In this document: piece after piece, positions 26,157-37,759 of the stretch
Layout of the letters: every line of letters begins with the position of its first letter
Position numbering within the stretch: position 1 is the first letter of the stretch
From: Lama guanicoe
Lineage: Eukaryota
Direction: 5' to 3'
NCBI GenBank assembly: GCA_013239625.1
Contig: MU053493.1
Location: 186,001-250,000, forward strand
Length of the DNA: 64,000 bases
Translations under genes and position numbers: made by a program
The notes under the pieces: generated by a model
The model's input: only the letters and a program-made list of their open reading frames with translations
What the model was told of the DNA's origin: nothing
Database searches by the model: none

Positions 26157-29100
26157 TCAAGCTTCTGCAGTGCATTTACTAGCCAGCTTCCAGGTGTGGC
26201 TAAGGCAGGGCTCAGTGTTTTCCAGTAGGTGTGGGGGTCGTTTCTGGATTCTGAATTTTAGTGGCTCTCCAGGAACCTGGTTGATTTTCCAGAAGTCCTC
26301 ATATTGACGTGGGGCTGCCCTGTTGACGCTGATGTGGTGAATCCATGGGATGATTTCTGCAACTTTGAGAACTGTTAGGGTGCTAAATACAACTGGGTAG
26401 GGACCCCTCCAAGTGGGTTTGATGGGCTCCTTTTTCCAATCTTTTACCCAGAATTGGTCCTTGGGTTTGTAGGAGAGTACTGTGGTTCCCAGCGATGCTG
26501 GGATCCTGTCAGTCACCCACTTATGGACCTCTCATACAGAATTTCTGAAGCCCTGCCTTTGCTTATGAAATTCTAAGCTTCCTACCTCCTTAATATTATC
26601 TCCCAGTCTGATCAGGGGATGGGGTCTCCCATACAAGATTTCAAAAGGGGAGAGCTCTATCTTGGTCCAAGGGACACAGCATATCTGCATGAGAGCCAGG
26701 GGCAAAATGTCAGCCCAAGGTAGTTACTTCCCTGACAGTGTTTGGCTATAACCAGCTTAGGATTCAGTTCATGTCTTCTACTGTCCCTGAGCTCTGGGGC
26801 CTGTAGGCCACATGTAGATTCCAGCAGACGTTTAGCACTTTTGCCACTTGTTGCACTATCTCCACCATAAATGCACGTCCTTTGTCTGACTCTATGGTCA
26901 ATGGCATCCCAAATCTGGGAATAATGTCTCTGAATTAGCCCTTTGTTACATCTCTTGCCTTTTTAGTCCGTGTTGGATATGATTTTACCCATTGTGAAAT
27001 GGTGCAGACAAAACCCAGCAAGTACTTGTACTCTCTGTGAGGCCCTATTTCAGTGAAATTCACTCCCATATCTTCAAAAGGGGCCTGAACACAGCCCTGG
27101 ATTCCCCTGGGCCCAGTTGGCCCTTATTTCTCATTGTTCTGGGCACATACAAGGCAGCACTGTGAAACTAAGGCACAGATATCAGATAATATCAGATAAT
27201 AATAAGTCAAGATATCAGATAATATCACTCCAGTAGAGGCTCTAAGGCTGTCTTACCCTGGTGGGTGAGCTCATCTTGCTATAGGATAACCTTTTGGGAT
27301 AATTGTTCAGGTATGTATATTCATTTGTCAGGCATCACCCACTATCCTTCCTCTCCTTTGGTTCCTCCTTCAGTCCTGGCCCAAATGTTTTCCTCTTAGC
27401 CATATCTTGGAGGTGTTGACAGCTTGAGTGCTAGCAAAACCTGCACAATTGTCCTAGGTTCTCTGGCATGGCCCAATAGACTTGCTACTTCTCACACAGC
27501 CTTAACTGTCAGTCGGTTTCCTCTGTTTACAGGATCATTTTCCTTTTGGTGCCTATTATAGTGGATGACTGACACCTCTGCAGGCTCTCAAACTGCCTCT
27601 AACAGTTGTAATATCTCATCTTTATTTTTAATATTTTTTTCATCTGGATGTTAACAGACCCCTTTATTTATATATGACACCATGTGTATGCAGGGTAGAG
27701 AAAGTATACTTAGAGTCCATGTAAATGTTGACCCGCTTTCCTTTTCCCTCTTGCAACGTTTGGATGAGTGCCCGTATTTCTGCCCTCTGTGCCAACAAGC
27801 CCTGTGGTAGAGGTTTAGCCTTTATTATCTTGTGTGCTGTGGTCACCACATATCCTGCCTTATGTCATCCATCCTGCACGTAGCTACTCCCATCTGTAAA
27901 AAGTTCAAGTTCATGGCTCTGGAACAGAATATCAGACAGATCAGGCCTGCTTGGGTAGACTTCCTCTATGACTTCTTTACAGTCGTGGTCAGGTGGGCCA
28001 TGTCCCTTGGGCAGGGAGGTGGCTGGGATCAAGGTTCTCACTGTCTCCAGGAGGATCCTGGAATTTTCACAAAGAAGTCCTTGGTAATGTGTCATCCTAG
28101 TGTTGGTCAGCCATTGATGCCTCTTGCTATTCATCAGGGTGGTGACTGAATGTGGAAACTATGTGTTGATAACCTGCCCGAGAGTGAGCTTGTCTGCCTC
28201 CTTGACCAGGGTTACTGTTGCAGCCAATTCTCATAGGCAAGATGGCCATCCTGATGCCACCCATTCCAGGCATTTTGGTAAATAGTCCCCGGGCTGCTCC
28301 CATGGCCCTACTGCTTGGGTGAGGATCCCTAGGTCTGTGTGATTCTTCTCATGGATGAACAAGTTGAATTCTCTTGTCAAGTCTGTTAGTCCCAGGGCTG
28401 TGGCACTGATCAGCAATCCTTTGATCTCATTGAATGCTCCTTCCTGCTAGGGTCCCCAGTCCAAGGATTCCTTGCCAGATCCCATAGTGACTTCATACAG
28501 GGGCTTGACTATGTTTTGGAAACCAGGGATCCATATTCAGCAGAACCCTGCTGCCCCCAGGAATTCATGGAGCTCTTTCTTAGTGCTTGGCTGAGGTAAA
28601 ACACAAATGGCTTTTTCTGCTCTGGGCACAAAGCCTGGTGTCCTTCCAAGACAATGAACTCAATATACCTGACTGTCTCTTTACAGATCTGTACCTTCTT
28701 CCAAGAGACTTTATAGCCAGCATCTGATAGCAAGGCTAACACGGCCCAGGTTCCCTTCCAATAGTCCTCTTGATTGGGGCTTGTCAATAACAGGACATCC
28801 ACATACTGAAGCAGGGTTCAGTTTAGAGCTTCTCCAGGGAAAGCAGTCAAGTACATGGCCAGTGCTTCCCCAAACCAGGTGGGTGAGTTTTTGAAACCCT
28901 GTGGTAAGCCAGTCCAGATAACTGAGTTCTCCTGCCCATGTGGGGGTCCTCTCACTTGAAGGCAAATGTTGGTTGACTGGCTGGTGCCAGCCTGAGGCAG
29001 AAGAAAGTATCATTGAGATCTAGGCAGATGAACCACTTGACTCAGGCCAGTAGGAGCCTCAGATATGGGCTCAGGACCACCATATGCATCGTGTTTGTAG

Positions 29101-29818
29101 CGCCATTGACTACTTGCAAATCCTGCACTGGTGTATAGTATATTCCTTTCACCTTTCTGATGGGTGGGAGAGACGTATTCCATGTATATTGGCACTCTGT
29201 GAGAATTCCCTCATCATGCAAGTACTGGGTATGCTTTTGAATTCCCAGGTCAGTTTCTCTTGGTATGGGGGTACTAACACAGCCTGGACAGGTTTATACC
29301 CAGTAGTAGGTCTACTACCAGTGGTACAAGGTTTTAGGCCAATCTGGTGGGGGGGCCCTTCTGCCCAGATGGAGAGGAATTCCTCCCACAGTGAGTCAGG
29401 GTTTGTCTGAGTGCTTTCCATTTGCTATAGGGGCCATTTTTCTTCTCAGGGCATGGTCGCCATCATGAGCAAAGTTTCCTTCCCTCTCAAGTCAGATGTG
29501 TTTGTTTTCCTGGAGAACATTATCTGATCCACCATATTTCATAGTAAGTCTCTTCCCAAAATGGGGATAGGATAAACTGGTAGGTATAGAAATTCATGAG
29601 TGACCAGATGTCCTCCCACCCAGCATGATCAAGGATGGCAAACGGATGAGCAGCTAGGTCCCCCACATAATAATTGCTTTTATCTCAGTCAAAATGGCCA
29701 CAGAATCAGTCACCACTGAATGTTCCATACCAATGTCCACCATAAATGTCACCTGTTGCCTCCCCAACATCTCATACATGGGGTCCTTGGGGCCAAGGAG
29801 CAGGGATTATGGTTCCCC
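26157..29818 (-). pseudogene. pol: ERV pro-pol remnant
   Basis: Protease TFMVDIGMEHSVV (~29730), RT LQYVDVLL (~28800), RNase H LFTDGSS..AQRAE..NIYMDSKY, integrase C-terminus WVKDWKKEPIKPTWRGPY..IPWIHH. Confidence 0.9.
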
Positions 29819-31383
29819 CTAGCCTGAGTCCAACCCTGCTAATCCAATGAGGTCTCTTGGAGAGGGCTTGGGTCGGTACTTTCCTTCACTGGCCGGGGGC
29901 TTTCTCCCTGTTAGATTCTTTGCCTCTCCCTGATGAGGGCTCTGATTTTTCCAGTGACCAACCTCCCTGTAGTTTGCACATTGGTCCTACTGTAGTGGGA
30001 CCCTCGCACGTGGTCTTCCCATCTACAGTGGGGTTGGATGCCGGTTTGAGTTGTAGCTCCCTAGTGCCACTGCCAACAGGGATGCTTTCTGTTTCACCTT
30101 ATTTTGGTCTTCATGGTCTCAGTTTATGACCTTGTTGATCACCTCTAGCAGTTGAGTAGAATTCACTACAATAAAATCTTCCAGTTTTCATAGATTCTGG
30201 CTGATGTTGGCATAGGACTGTGCCACAAAATCAGCACTGACAATTCACTGGTTTTCAGGGACTTCAGGATCAAACAGGATGTAGATCCAAAAAGTTTCAC
30301 ATAGCCTCTCGTACAAGTCCATGGGGGACTCATCCAGCTTTTGGATCACTGTTGTGGTCTTGGACATATTGGTTGGCTTCTTCCTCCTGGCTTGCAACAC
30401 ATGTAAGAGGGCACTCCGATATTCACACAGAGCCTCTCGTCTGGCTTGGGTTTTAAAGTCCCAGTTTGGTCTCATTTTGGGGGCTGCTTCTTTCTGCATC
30501 TAGGGTCCCTGCTGGGGAGCACCCTTGTAGCCACTTTCTGGTGTCTGTCAGGTTATGCTATCTTTATTCAGTGTTGAAGAGTGTTAGGAGCAGCTGATGG
30601 ATGTCATCCCAGGCTGGTTGGTGGGTTGGGAAGATAGGCTCTAGGAGGTCAATCATGTCCTGAGGTTTCTCTGAAAGGGTAGAGCCTGGTGTTGCCAGTT
30701 TAAGAGGTCCATCGTACTGAAAGGATGGTAGTATAGGATTGAGAGGCCAGGCTGCACAGAGCCATCATTACTTACTTGTTGGGGCCCTTGAGGCTCCCAA
30801 AGAGGCATCTTGAGGGAGGCATCTGGCTGTGTGACTCACTGGGCTGAGTGCAGTCTCCTCCCAATGGGCTCCTGGCTTGGAGCAAGGGTTTGTGGTAGTG
30901 GGAACATAGACAGAGGTGGACTATCCAGTAGGAGTGGCTGTGGTGGAGCCATAGGAGCAGGAGGAATATATATCAGGGCATCAATGGCTCTTATTCAGGG
31001 TCCCCCTGAAGGACTGGCTTCATCATATCTTCCTTTTTCACCTTCAATGTTTGGGCCACGAAGATCCTACACTGTCCCTGACCATTTTTACAGAACCAGA
31101 CACAAGGAGGCAAGGTTTGGGCAATAGTCAGCCAAGAGTCAATATATGGAAATTGGTCGGGGTGCCCTGGGGTACTGGTAATCACTCAATATACAGCCCG
31201 GACAGTTGGCAGGTCAAGTATGCCTTCTGAGGGCCATCCCACTCCAAAGGTGGGCCATTCTACCTCACACAATGTGTGCAGTTTTCCAAGTGTCAATTGA
31301 ACTCCATAGTCTCCTGAGAAGCTCTTTTTGAAATTTTTAATCATGAAATCCAGAGCAGTCAGCTTTGACTTTGAGGCCCCCAT
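29819..31383 (-). pseudogene. gag: ERV gag remnant ending in TAG-GGG (amber readthrough context)
   Basis: MGASKSKLTALDFMIKNFKK..LCEVEWPTFGVGWPSEG, PGHPDQFPYIDSW, MHR-like QKLDESPMDLYERLCE; TAG at 29819-29821. Confidence 0.9.
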
Positions 31384-32575
31384 TGTTAGCTGACAGATTT
31401 CATGGCTTATAAGCATGGGTCTGCATCTGGCACTGAGGATGGTGACACAGTATCTCTGTTTCCTCCACTCCTCAAAACAGTGGAGCTCCCCAAAAGCCAG
31501 TTGCCTCACCATATCTAATATCTACCTGGCTTCATGAATTGACAACGAGTCAGTGTTTCTCCCAGGAAAGAAATCTCTGATGAATTCTAGGGCTTGGACA
31601 AGCTTCAGAGGTCCTTGTACAAAGACTTCTCTATAGCCTGAACTGATGAAGCATGGGGCCAGGATGACGTGCCAGTGATAAAACAAGTGGACCAAAAAGG
31701 AGCCTCCAAGGAGGAATGCAGCCAGTCCTGGGGAAGACCTCCCTGGCTCACATCTTGAGGTCTCAATGTCAGACAGGAAGGGCAGTGCTGGGACTGGTTC
31801 ACTAATTGCAACAAGATATCTCAGAGGTCTGATGATATGGTCATGTTGGAAACTTTCTCAAAGAATTCATGCCTTGTCCCTGAGAGCACAGGGGTCGTTT
31901 ACTCATGGGATAATCTACGTCCCTTTCCTGCCCTGTGTGGTCACCCTGTGCCAGTGTTGCAGACAAGACAAAGGGACTGACTTTTGCTGCATCTGCCTGA
32001 GCACTCCCCTCTTGGGGATGAAGATGCCTCTTCACATTGGTGGGTAAATATTATCTGCTGACTCTGATTGACATCCCAAAGGGTTGATACCACCCTGAGA
32101 CATATGAGGCCACCACGAAACCTCATGTTGGACTCACTTGAACTCTGTAACAGAGTGCCATGAAGCTACAGACTCAAACCTGAAGTGCAAGCAGATCAGG
32201 CCACACACACACAATCAAACACACACTCAGAGTTTAATTTCACACTTTTGACCTCCAACTCAGGGATCCCTGACCTATGCTCCCAATCAGAGAACCCTTA
32301 AGAGGTGATCAGTCTCCTCATCTGCTCACTGGGACAGGACCTGACTATGGACTAGTCCACAGGTTAGTCTACCTGGTCTGGATGTGCCTGGTGAGTTGGT
32401 CCATCCCTCCAATGAATCCAGTAAGGGTTCATTCACCCAGAAGACTGAACCACCTCCATGAAGGCGGACCAGGAATACCGTTGGGTGGCATATCACCTCA
32501 TTCACTTTTGAGGTTCCCCGACCTTTATTTGGTTGCTCCACCACCCCAGTGGCTCAAGGTGCTGGCATGGTTGGA

Positions 32576-32593
32576 ATCTCACTGGGGTCTCCA
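32576..32593 (-). promoter_or_regulatory. Primer-binding site, tRNA-Thr
   Basis: TGGAGACCCCAGTGAGAT matches 16/18 to TGGAGGCCCCAGCGAGAT, directly after the 5' LTR. Confidence 0.8.
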
Positions 32594-32597
32594 AAAA

Positions 32598-32945
32598 TGT
32601 TACAAAAACCTGAATCGTGTCGAGAGACCAAATGACAATTGGAGGGTTGGAGAACTCAGGTTTATTAAGCCGGTGAGCCCAGGGGAGTTAACACTCCAAG
32701 CTCTGGACCCAGACTGTAGGTTTATACAGGCTTTTATAGGATCTTAGGTTTCTATTAAGTTTGTTACATATGCAAATGAGGTATTAGAAATGGACAAATT
32801 AGAAGTGATCTTTTGGAACGAATGGGACTTTAGGAGTAAATTTCATTTTCCTATAAGCAAGCTCTTTTAAAGAAATTCAGAAGCAGGAAGGCAAAGGCCC
32901 TGCCTGGGAGGTCTTGCTGGTCCCTTAGTGGGTTTTTCCCCTACA
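32598..32945 (-). repeat. 5' LTR of PBS-Thr provirus
   Basis: Pairs with 24726-25074. Confidence 0.9.
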
Positions 32946-33360
32946 ACACCAAATTTATTAATACATTATTCATAAGTTTTAAAAGCAATGCATTTTCTTT
33001 GTACAACATAGAATCAATAGTCAAAGAAGAGAGCTACTGTGCTGTCTGGGGTAATTTTTCTAACAACTGCCAATGAAAAACCATACCTGGAAAGTTGTTG
33101 AAGCAGAAAGAGAAAAAAACACAGATTTATTAAGGACTATTGCAACATTGAAAAACGAGATCTCAGTATATAAATGTTTACAATTCTGAATACAGCATGG
33201 GCAAGTGGGAATTTATAACCATGGGTTCCGGTGAGATCAGGAACATGATAATATAAGGAAATTTCTGGTTAAGCCTGTCTAAAAGAATTCTTGCTGAGAC
33301 AGGCCAGACTGACATGACAGATGATGAATGACAGAGGATAAGAAATCCAATTAAATATTA

Positions 33361-33865
33361 CAGGTGTACTTTGGAAATATAGTGGGTTTGGTTCTGGACC
33401 ATCACAATAAAGCAAATATCACAATAAGGAGAGTTACATAAATTTTTTGGGTTCTCAGTGTATATAAAAGTTATGTTAAGACTACACTGTAGTCTATTAA
33501 GTGTGTAATAGCATTATGTCTAAAACACAATGTATAAAATTTAGAAGAATAATGCTATTGTATAAAATAAATAACCAACAAGTATATATTGTACAGCACA
33601 GGGGAATACACCAAGTTATATTGTAATAACTCTAAATGGACTATAATTTATGAAAATATTGAAGAGCTATGTTACACAGCTGAAACTGACATATTATAAA
33701 TCAACTATACTTCATTAAAAATTAAAAATTAAATATTAATCACATCAGAAAACATAATGCTATTAGAAAAATGGTGCCAATAGACTTACTTGATACAGGA
33801 TTGCCACCGACTTTGAATTTCTAAATAATGCAATCTGTGAAGCACATCAAAATGAGGCCTGCCTG
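33361..33865 (+). mobile_element. Tigger1-derived non-autonomous DNA transposon (internal deletion), with a nested L1 3' tip at 33560-33735
   Basis: Degenerate TIRs CAGGTGTACTTTG... / ...GAGGCCTGCCTG, with TA on both flanks. The nested L1 is flanked by agaagaataatgctatt / agaaaacataatgctatt. Confidence 0.8.
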
Positions 33866-35648
33866 TACAGGGTGATTAGTTGTGGACAATGAGAGACAGT
33901 GCTAAACTGAGCAAGGTTCTTCCTAAATAAGTATTTCACAAGGAAGTTCACAGACGGGTTTAGTAGATGAATCAGGGGACTGATTAAAGTTTGGCCAAGC
34001 AAAGAATCTTTGTTAGTCTCCCATTTGTTCTTAAAAAAAGAGAAATTTTTCTTTGCTTTGAATAATAAAAGTCCAATTTTTGTTCATTGGGGATCTGCTG
34101 AATCATTCATAGAAAACAATTAGTAAACATCATTTGCTGGATGGTGTTAGCTATGAAATATTTAATGAGAAGGAGTCTCAATTAAATTAAGAAAGAATAA
34201 AATCCCAGTTTCTAATTCCATAGAGCAAGCAATGGAGAAGATTTCTAGATGTTCCTCTCAAAGTACCTTTAAATGGAGGAGTGAGCAGAGCAGTGAGAAA
34301 CCAGTGGATTTCCTGGATTGAATTTTGAATCTCTGTGGTTGGGTCATTAGGTGTTCTGCTGAGCTTCCTGAGTTTCCCACACAGCAGTAGGCACAAAGAT
34401 TGCCTCTACATGGTCTGTTCTAGTAATTTCCATAATATATCTTGTCATCCAGCTTCAGCTTGCAGCACCTGAGAAAAGGGGTAGTTTTAGTTCTCAGTGA
34501 TTTGAAGTCAGAACAGATTAAAATTGAAAATGTTAATATGGAGAGTTGCAGGCAAGTATTGGAATATTAAAATGATTCAGTCAAGAGCTAGCATAACATG
34601 CTGGCAGAACTCACAAGGGTACATCATAATTTCCCATGAAACATTATTTTTCTGTCTACAGTCATCTCCATCTCTATCAGAAGAAAACACATATGACTAA
34701 TTTTTTTGTAAAATAAATCTAGCCTAATGAAACTAGGCTTGATTATTTACATAATGCCCCAAGAACAGTGTAGGGGCATATAGGTCTCTTGAGTTCCGTT
34801 TGCTGAAAATATTCATAAGGAATCTCAGATTGTACTTTTGAAACCATATCAAATTCAGGAAGTTAAGCCAAGAAATTGCCACTATGTTTTGCCTGCAAGA
34901 ACTATAGATTTTCATGAATCCCTTCCTTTTCAATATCCCAAAATATACTGAGTTTGCTGTGTCTGGTGGAAATGACCTTACTTACTGATTTGTAAAATGG
35001 GTTACCCCATATTCCTAACGTAATGTGTTTTTTCCAAAGATGTTTTATAAGCAGTGTGTACTTTAAGTCAATAGTAGTTCCATAAAACTGTCTGATCATA
35101 TCTGATTGGTTGCACATTTTTCTCAAATAAAACATCCAAACATGCTTTGATAATATAAACAGTGTTTCCATATATCTCTTGTTACAAGGATAATAGGTTG
35201 TTACTGAACTTATGTAAGTAAAATAAGACCGTAAAATTAAGAAAGCACACTAAGGTTTCAAATTCTAGAAGAACAAGTTAAGGAGAAAAAGGAATTGTTG
35301 CATCTTTGTTCACAAATGTATTCTTTACAAATTGCTATCATTTCCTTAAATCTGGACAAAAAACAAACAAAAAAAGCAGTTTCAAACCAAACATAATCTA
35401 AAAATTATAATTAGCCTTAAAGTTCATTCACCTCTTTGTGTTAATTTTTATTCTGCTTGATTTTGGGATGCAGTTAGAAATCCATCATCTTCTGCATTCC
35501 TTCTGGAAGTTCCTGCATGGTCCAGAAGCATGATTTCAAAGTTACACAGGTGATGCCTTCATGGAGCATTCCTGCATGTAGCTGATTGTAACACTTCAAG
35601 AGAAGATACAAGCAAATAAATACTGTCTATAAATGACAAATAACTTCA

Positions 35649-36965
35649 GACAGCAGCATGTAAAACAATGAAGCTGGAACACTCCCTTACACCATACATA
35701 AAAATTAACTCAAAATGGATCAAAGACTTAAACGTAAGACAAAATACAATAAACCTCCTAGAGGAAAATATAGGCAAAACATTATCTGACATACATATCA
35801 AAACTTTTCTCCTAGTAGAAATAAAAGCAAGAATAAACAAATGGGACCTAATGAAACTTACAAGCTTCTGCACAGCAAAGGAAACCATAAGTAAAACAAA
35901 ACGACAACCTAAGGAATGGGAGAAAATTTTTGCAAATGAAACCAACAAAGGCTTGATCTCCAGAATACATAAGCAGCTCATATGACTTAATAAGAAAAAA
36001 TCAAACAACCCAATCCAAAAATGGGCAGAAGACCTAAACAAGCAATTCTTCAAGGAAGGCATACAAATGATCAATTGGCACATGAAAAAATGCTCAATAT
36101 CACTAATTATCAGAGAAATGCAAATCAAAACTACAATGAGGTATCACCTCACACCAATCAGAATGGCCATCATTCAAAAATCCACAAATGACAAATGCTG
36201 AAGAGGCTGTGGAGAAAGGGGAATCCTCCTACACTGCTGGTGGGAATGCGGTTTGGTGAAACCAGTGTGGAAAAGAGTATGGAAATTCCTCAAAAGACTA
36301 GGAATAGACTTACCATATGACCCAGGAATCCCACTCCTGGGCTTGTACCCAGAAGGAACCCTACTTCAGGATGACACCTGCACCCTAATGTTCATAGCAG
36401 CATTATCTACAATAGCCAAGACATGGAAAAAGCCTAAATGTCCATCAACAGATAATTGGATAAAGAAGCTGTGGCATATTTATACAATGGAATACTACTC
36501 AACCATAAAAACCAACAACATAACGTCATTTACAGCAACGTGGATGCTTCTGGAGAATATCATTCTAAGTGAAGTAAGCCAGACAGAGAAAGAAAAATAC
36601 CATATGAGATAACTTACATGTGGAATCTAAAAAACAAAAACACAAAGCAAAGCTTAAATACAAAACACTAACAGACTCATAGATATAGGATACAAACTTG
36701 TTTCCATGGGGTTGAGGGTGGGAAGGGATAGACGGGGTTTTAAAATTGTAGAATAGATAAACAATAGATAAACAACATTATACTGTATAGCACAGGGAAA
36801 TATACACAAGATCTCATCGTAGCTCACAGGGAAAAAATGTGACAATGAATTTATATATATGTTCATGTATAACTGAAAAATGGTACTCTACACTGAAATT
36901 TGACAGAACATTGTAAAATGATTATAAATCAATAAAAAAGTTAAAAATTAAAAAAAACTAGAAAA
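35649..36965 (+). mobile_element. 5'-truncated LINE-1
   Basis: ORF2 C-terminal fragments, 3' UTR and A tail; degenerate TSD aaataacttca / aaattgcttca. Confidence 0.92.
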
Positions 36966-37759
36966 AAATTGCTTCAAATGCCCATGTTTAAAGCTCTAAT
37001 GGGAAAATTAGTTATTTCTGAGGCATGCAACAGTTTAGCATAATAAGTGGAAAATCTTTGTATCTACAGATTTTCATGATGTTTGTACAAATTCAAAAAT
37101 ACCTGTGTTAGTAATATATATCCACATGTATATAACATAAGAAGGTTTCTCATTACTTCTTATTTGACAGTATTTCCCATGTAAATTAACATACTTTGTA
37201 AACCTCATGAATTTAACATCCCCCTTTTAGAAGGTGAGAGACAAGTCATTTAAGGTTATCTTGGGAATCTCTGGGAAATCACATCATTAGCTTGAGGTCA
37301 CAGATACTCCATTTAATATTTATTTTTATAATTGTAAAGAATATCAAAACACTTGACTATACAGGAACACACATAACTGTGAAACTATATTTATCCATTT
37401 ACCAACATGATAATTAAAAGTTTCCAAAGACAAAACCAGTCACATAGTTGTAAAAAATGTTCCTCTTTAAATATTGAGAACTCTGTTTAAATCAATATGA
37501 AGGAGAGGAAATTATTTTAAGATAAAAATTCTTTGTTTTGAAGGTAGATTATTTAAAAAGTAAAGAAAAAACATTTTTACATTTTCTTATTATAACAGCA
37601 GTATAACCAAAGAAAATCATTTTAGCAGATATAATCAGATGCTACTTTCATATCAGTGTGTTACTAATTCTAAGACTGTAAAAAATCTTATTTCCAAGAC
37701 ATGGAAACAACTTAAATGTCCACTGTCAGAAAACTGGATAAAGAAGCAGTGTAATAAAT

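Larger units (their letters stand above)
24726..32945 (-). mobile_element. Near full-length degenerate class I ERV provirus with tRNA-Thr PBS
   Basis: LTRs at 24726-25074 and 32598-32945. TSD ccac/acac. PPT AAAAAGGGGGGG at 25075-25086. gag, pro and pol fragments in the expected order. Confidence 0.93.
33068..37685 (-). mobile_element. MER67-like LTR (33068-34015) plus internal region, unit C; preceded by a short ERV-L piece (33011-33067)
   Basis: LTR minus-strand start TAACAAAGATTCTTTGCTTGGCCAAACTTTAATCAG; internal region collinear with units A and B. Confidence 0.7.

Noticed and set aside
27175..27226. Short repeats gatatcagataat (similar degenerate repeats at 19480-19545, 14300-14400 and 44869-44898) as a CRISPR-like or functional array
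   Set aside because: Local slippage duplications inside dead elements; no regular repeat-spacer structure, and the context is eukaryotic.
32277..32747. 156-aa antisense ORF across the ERV leader/PBS/LTR
   Set aside because: No recognisable motif and it crosses the LTR boundary; probably a chance ORF, though not excluded without family data.
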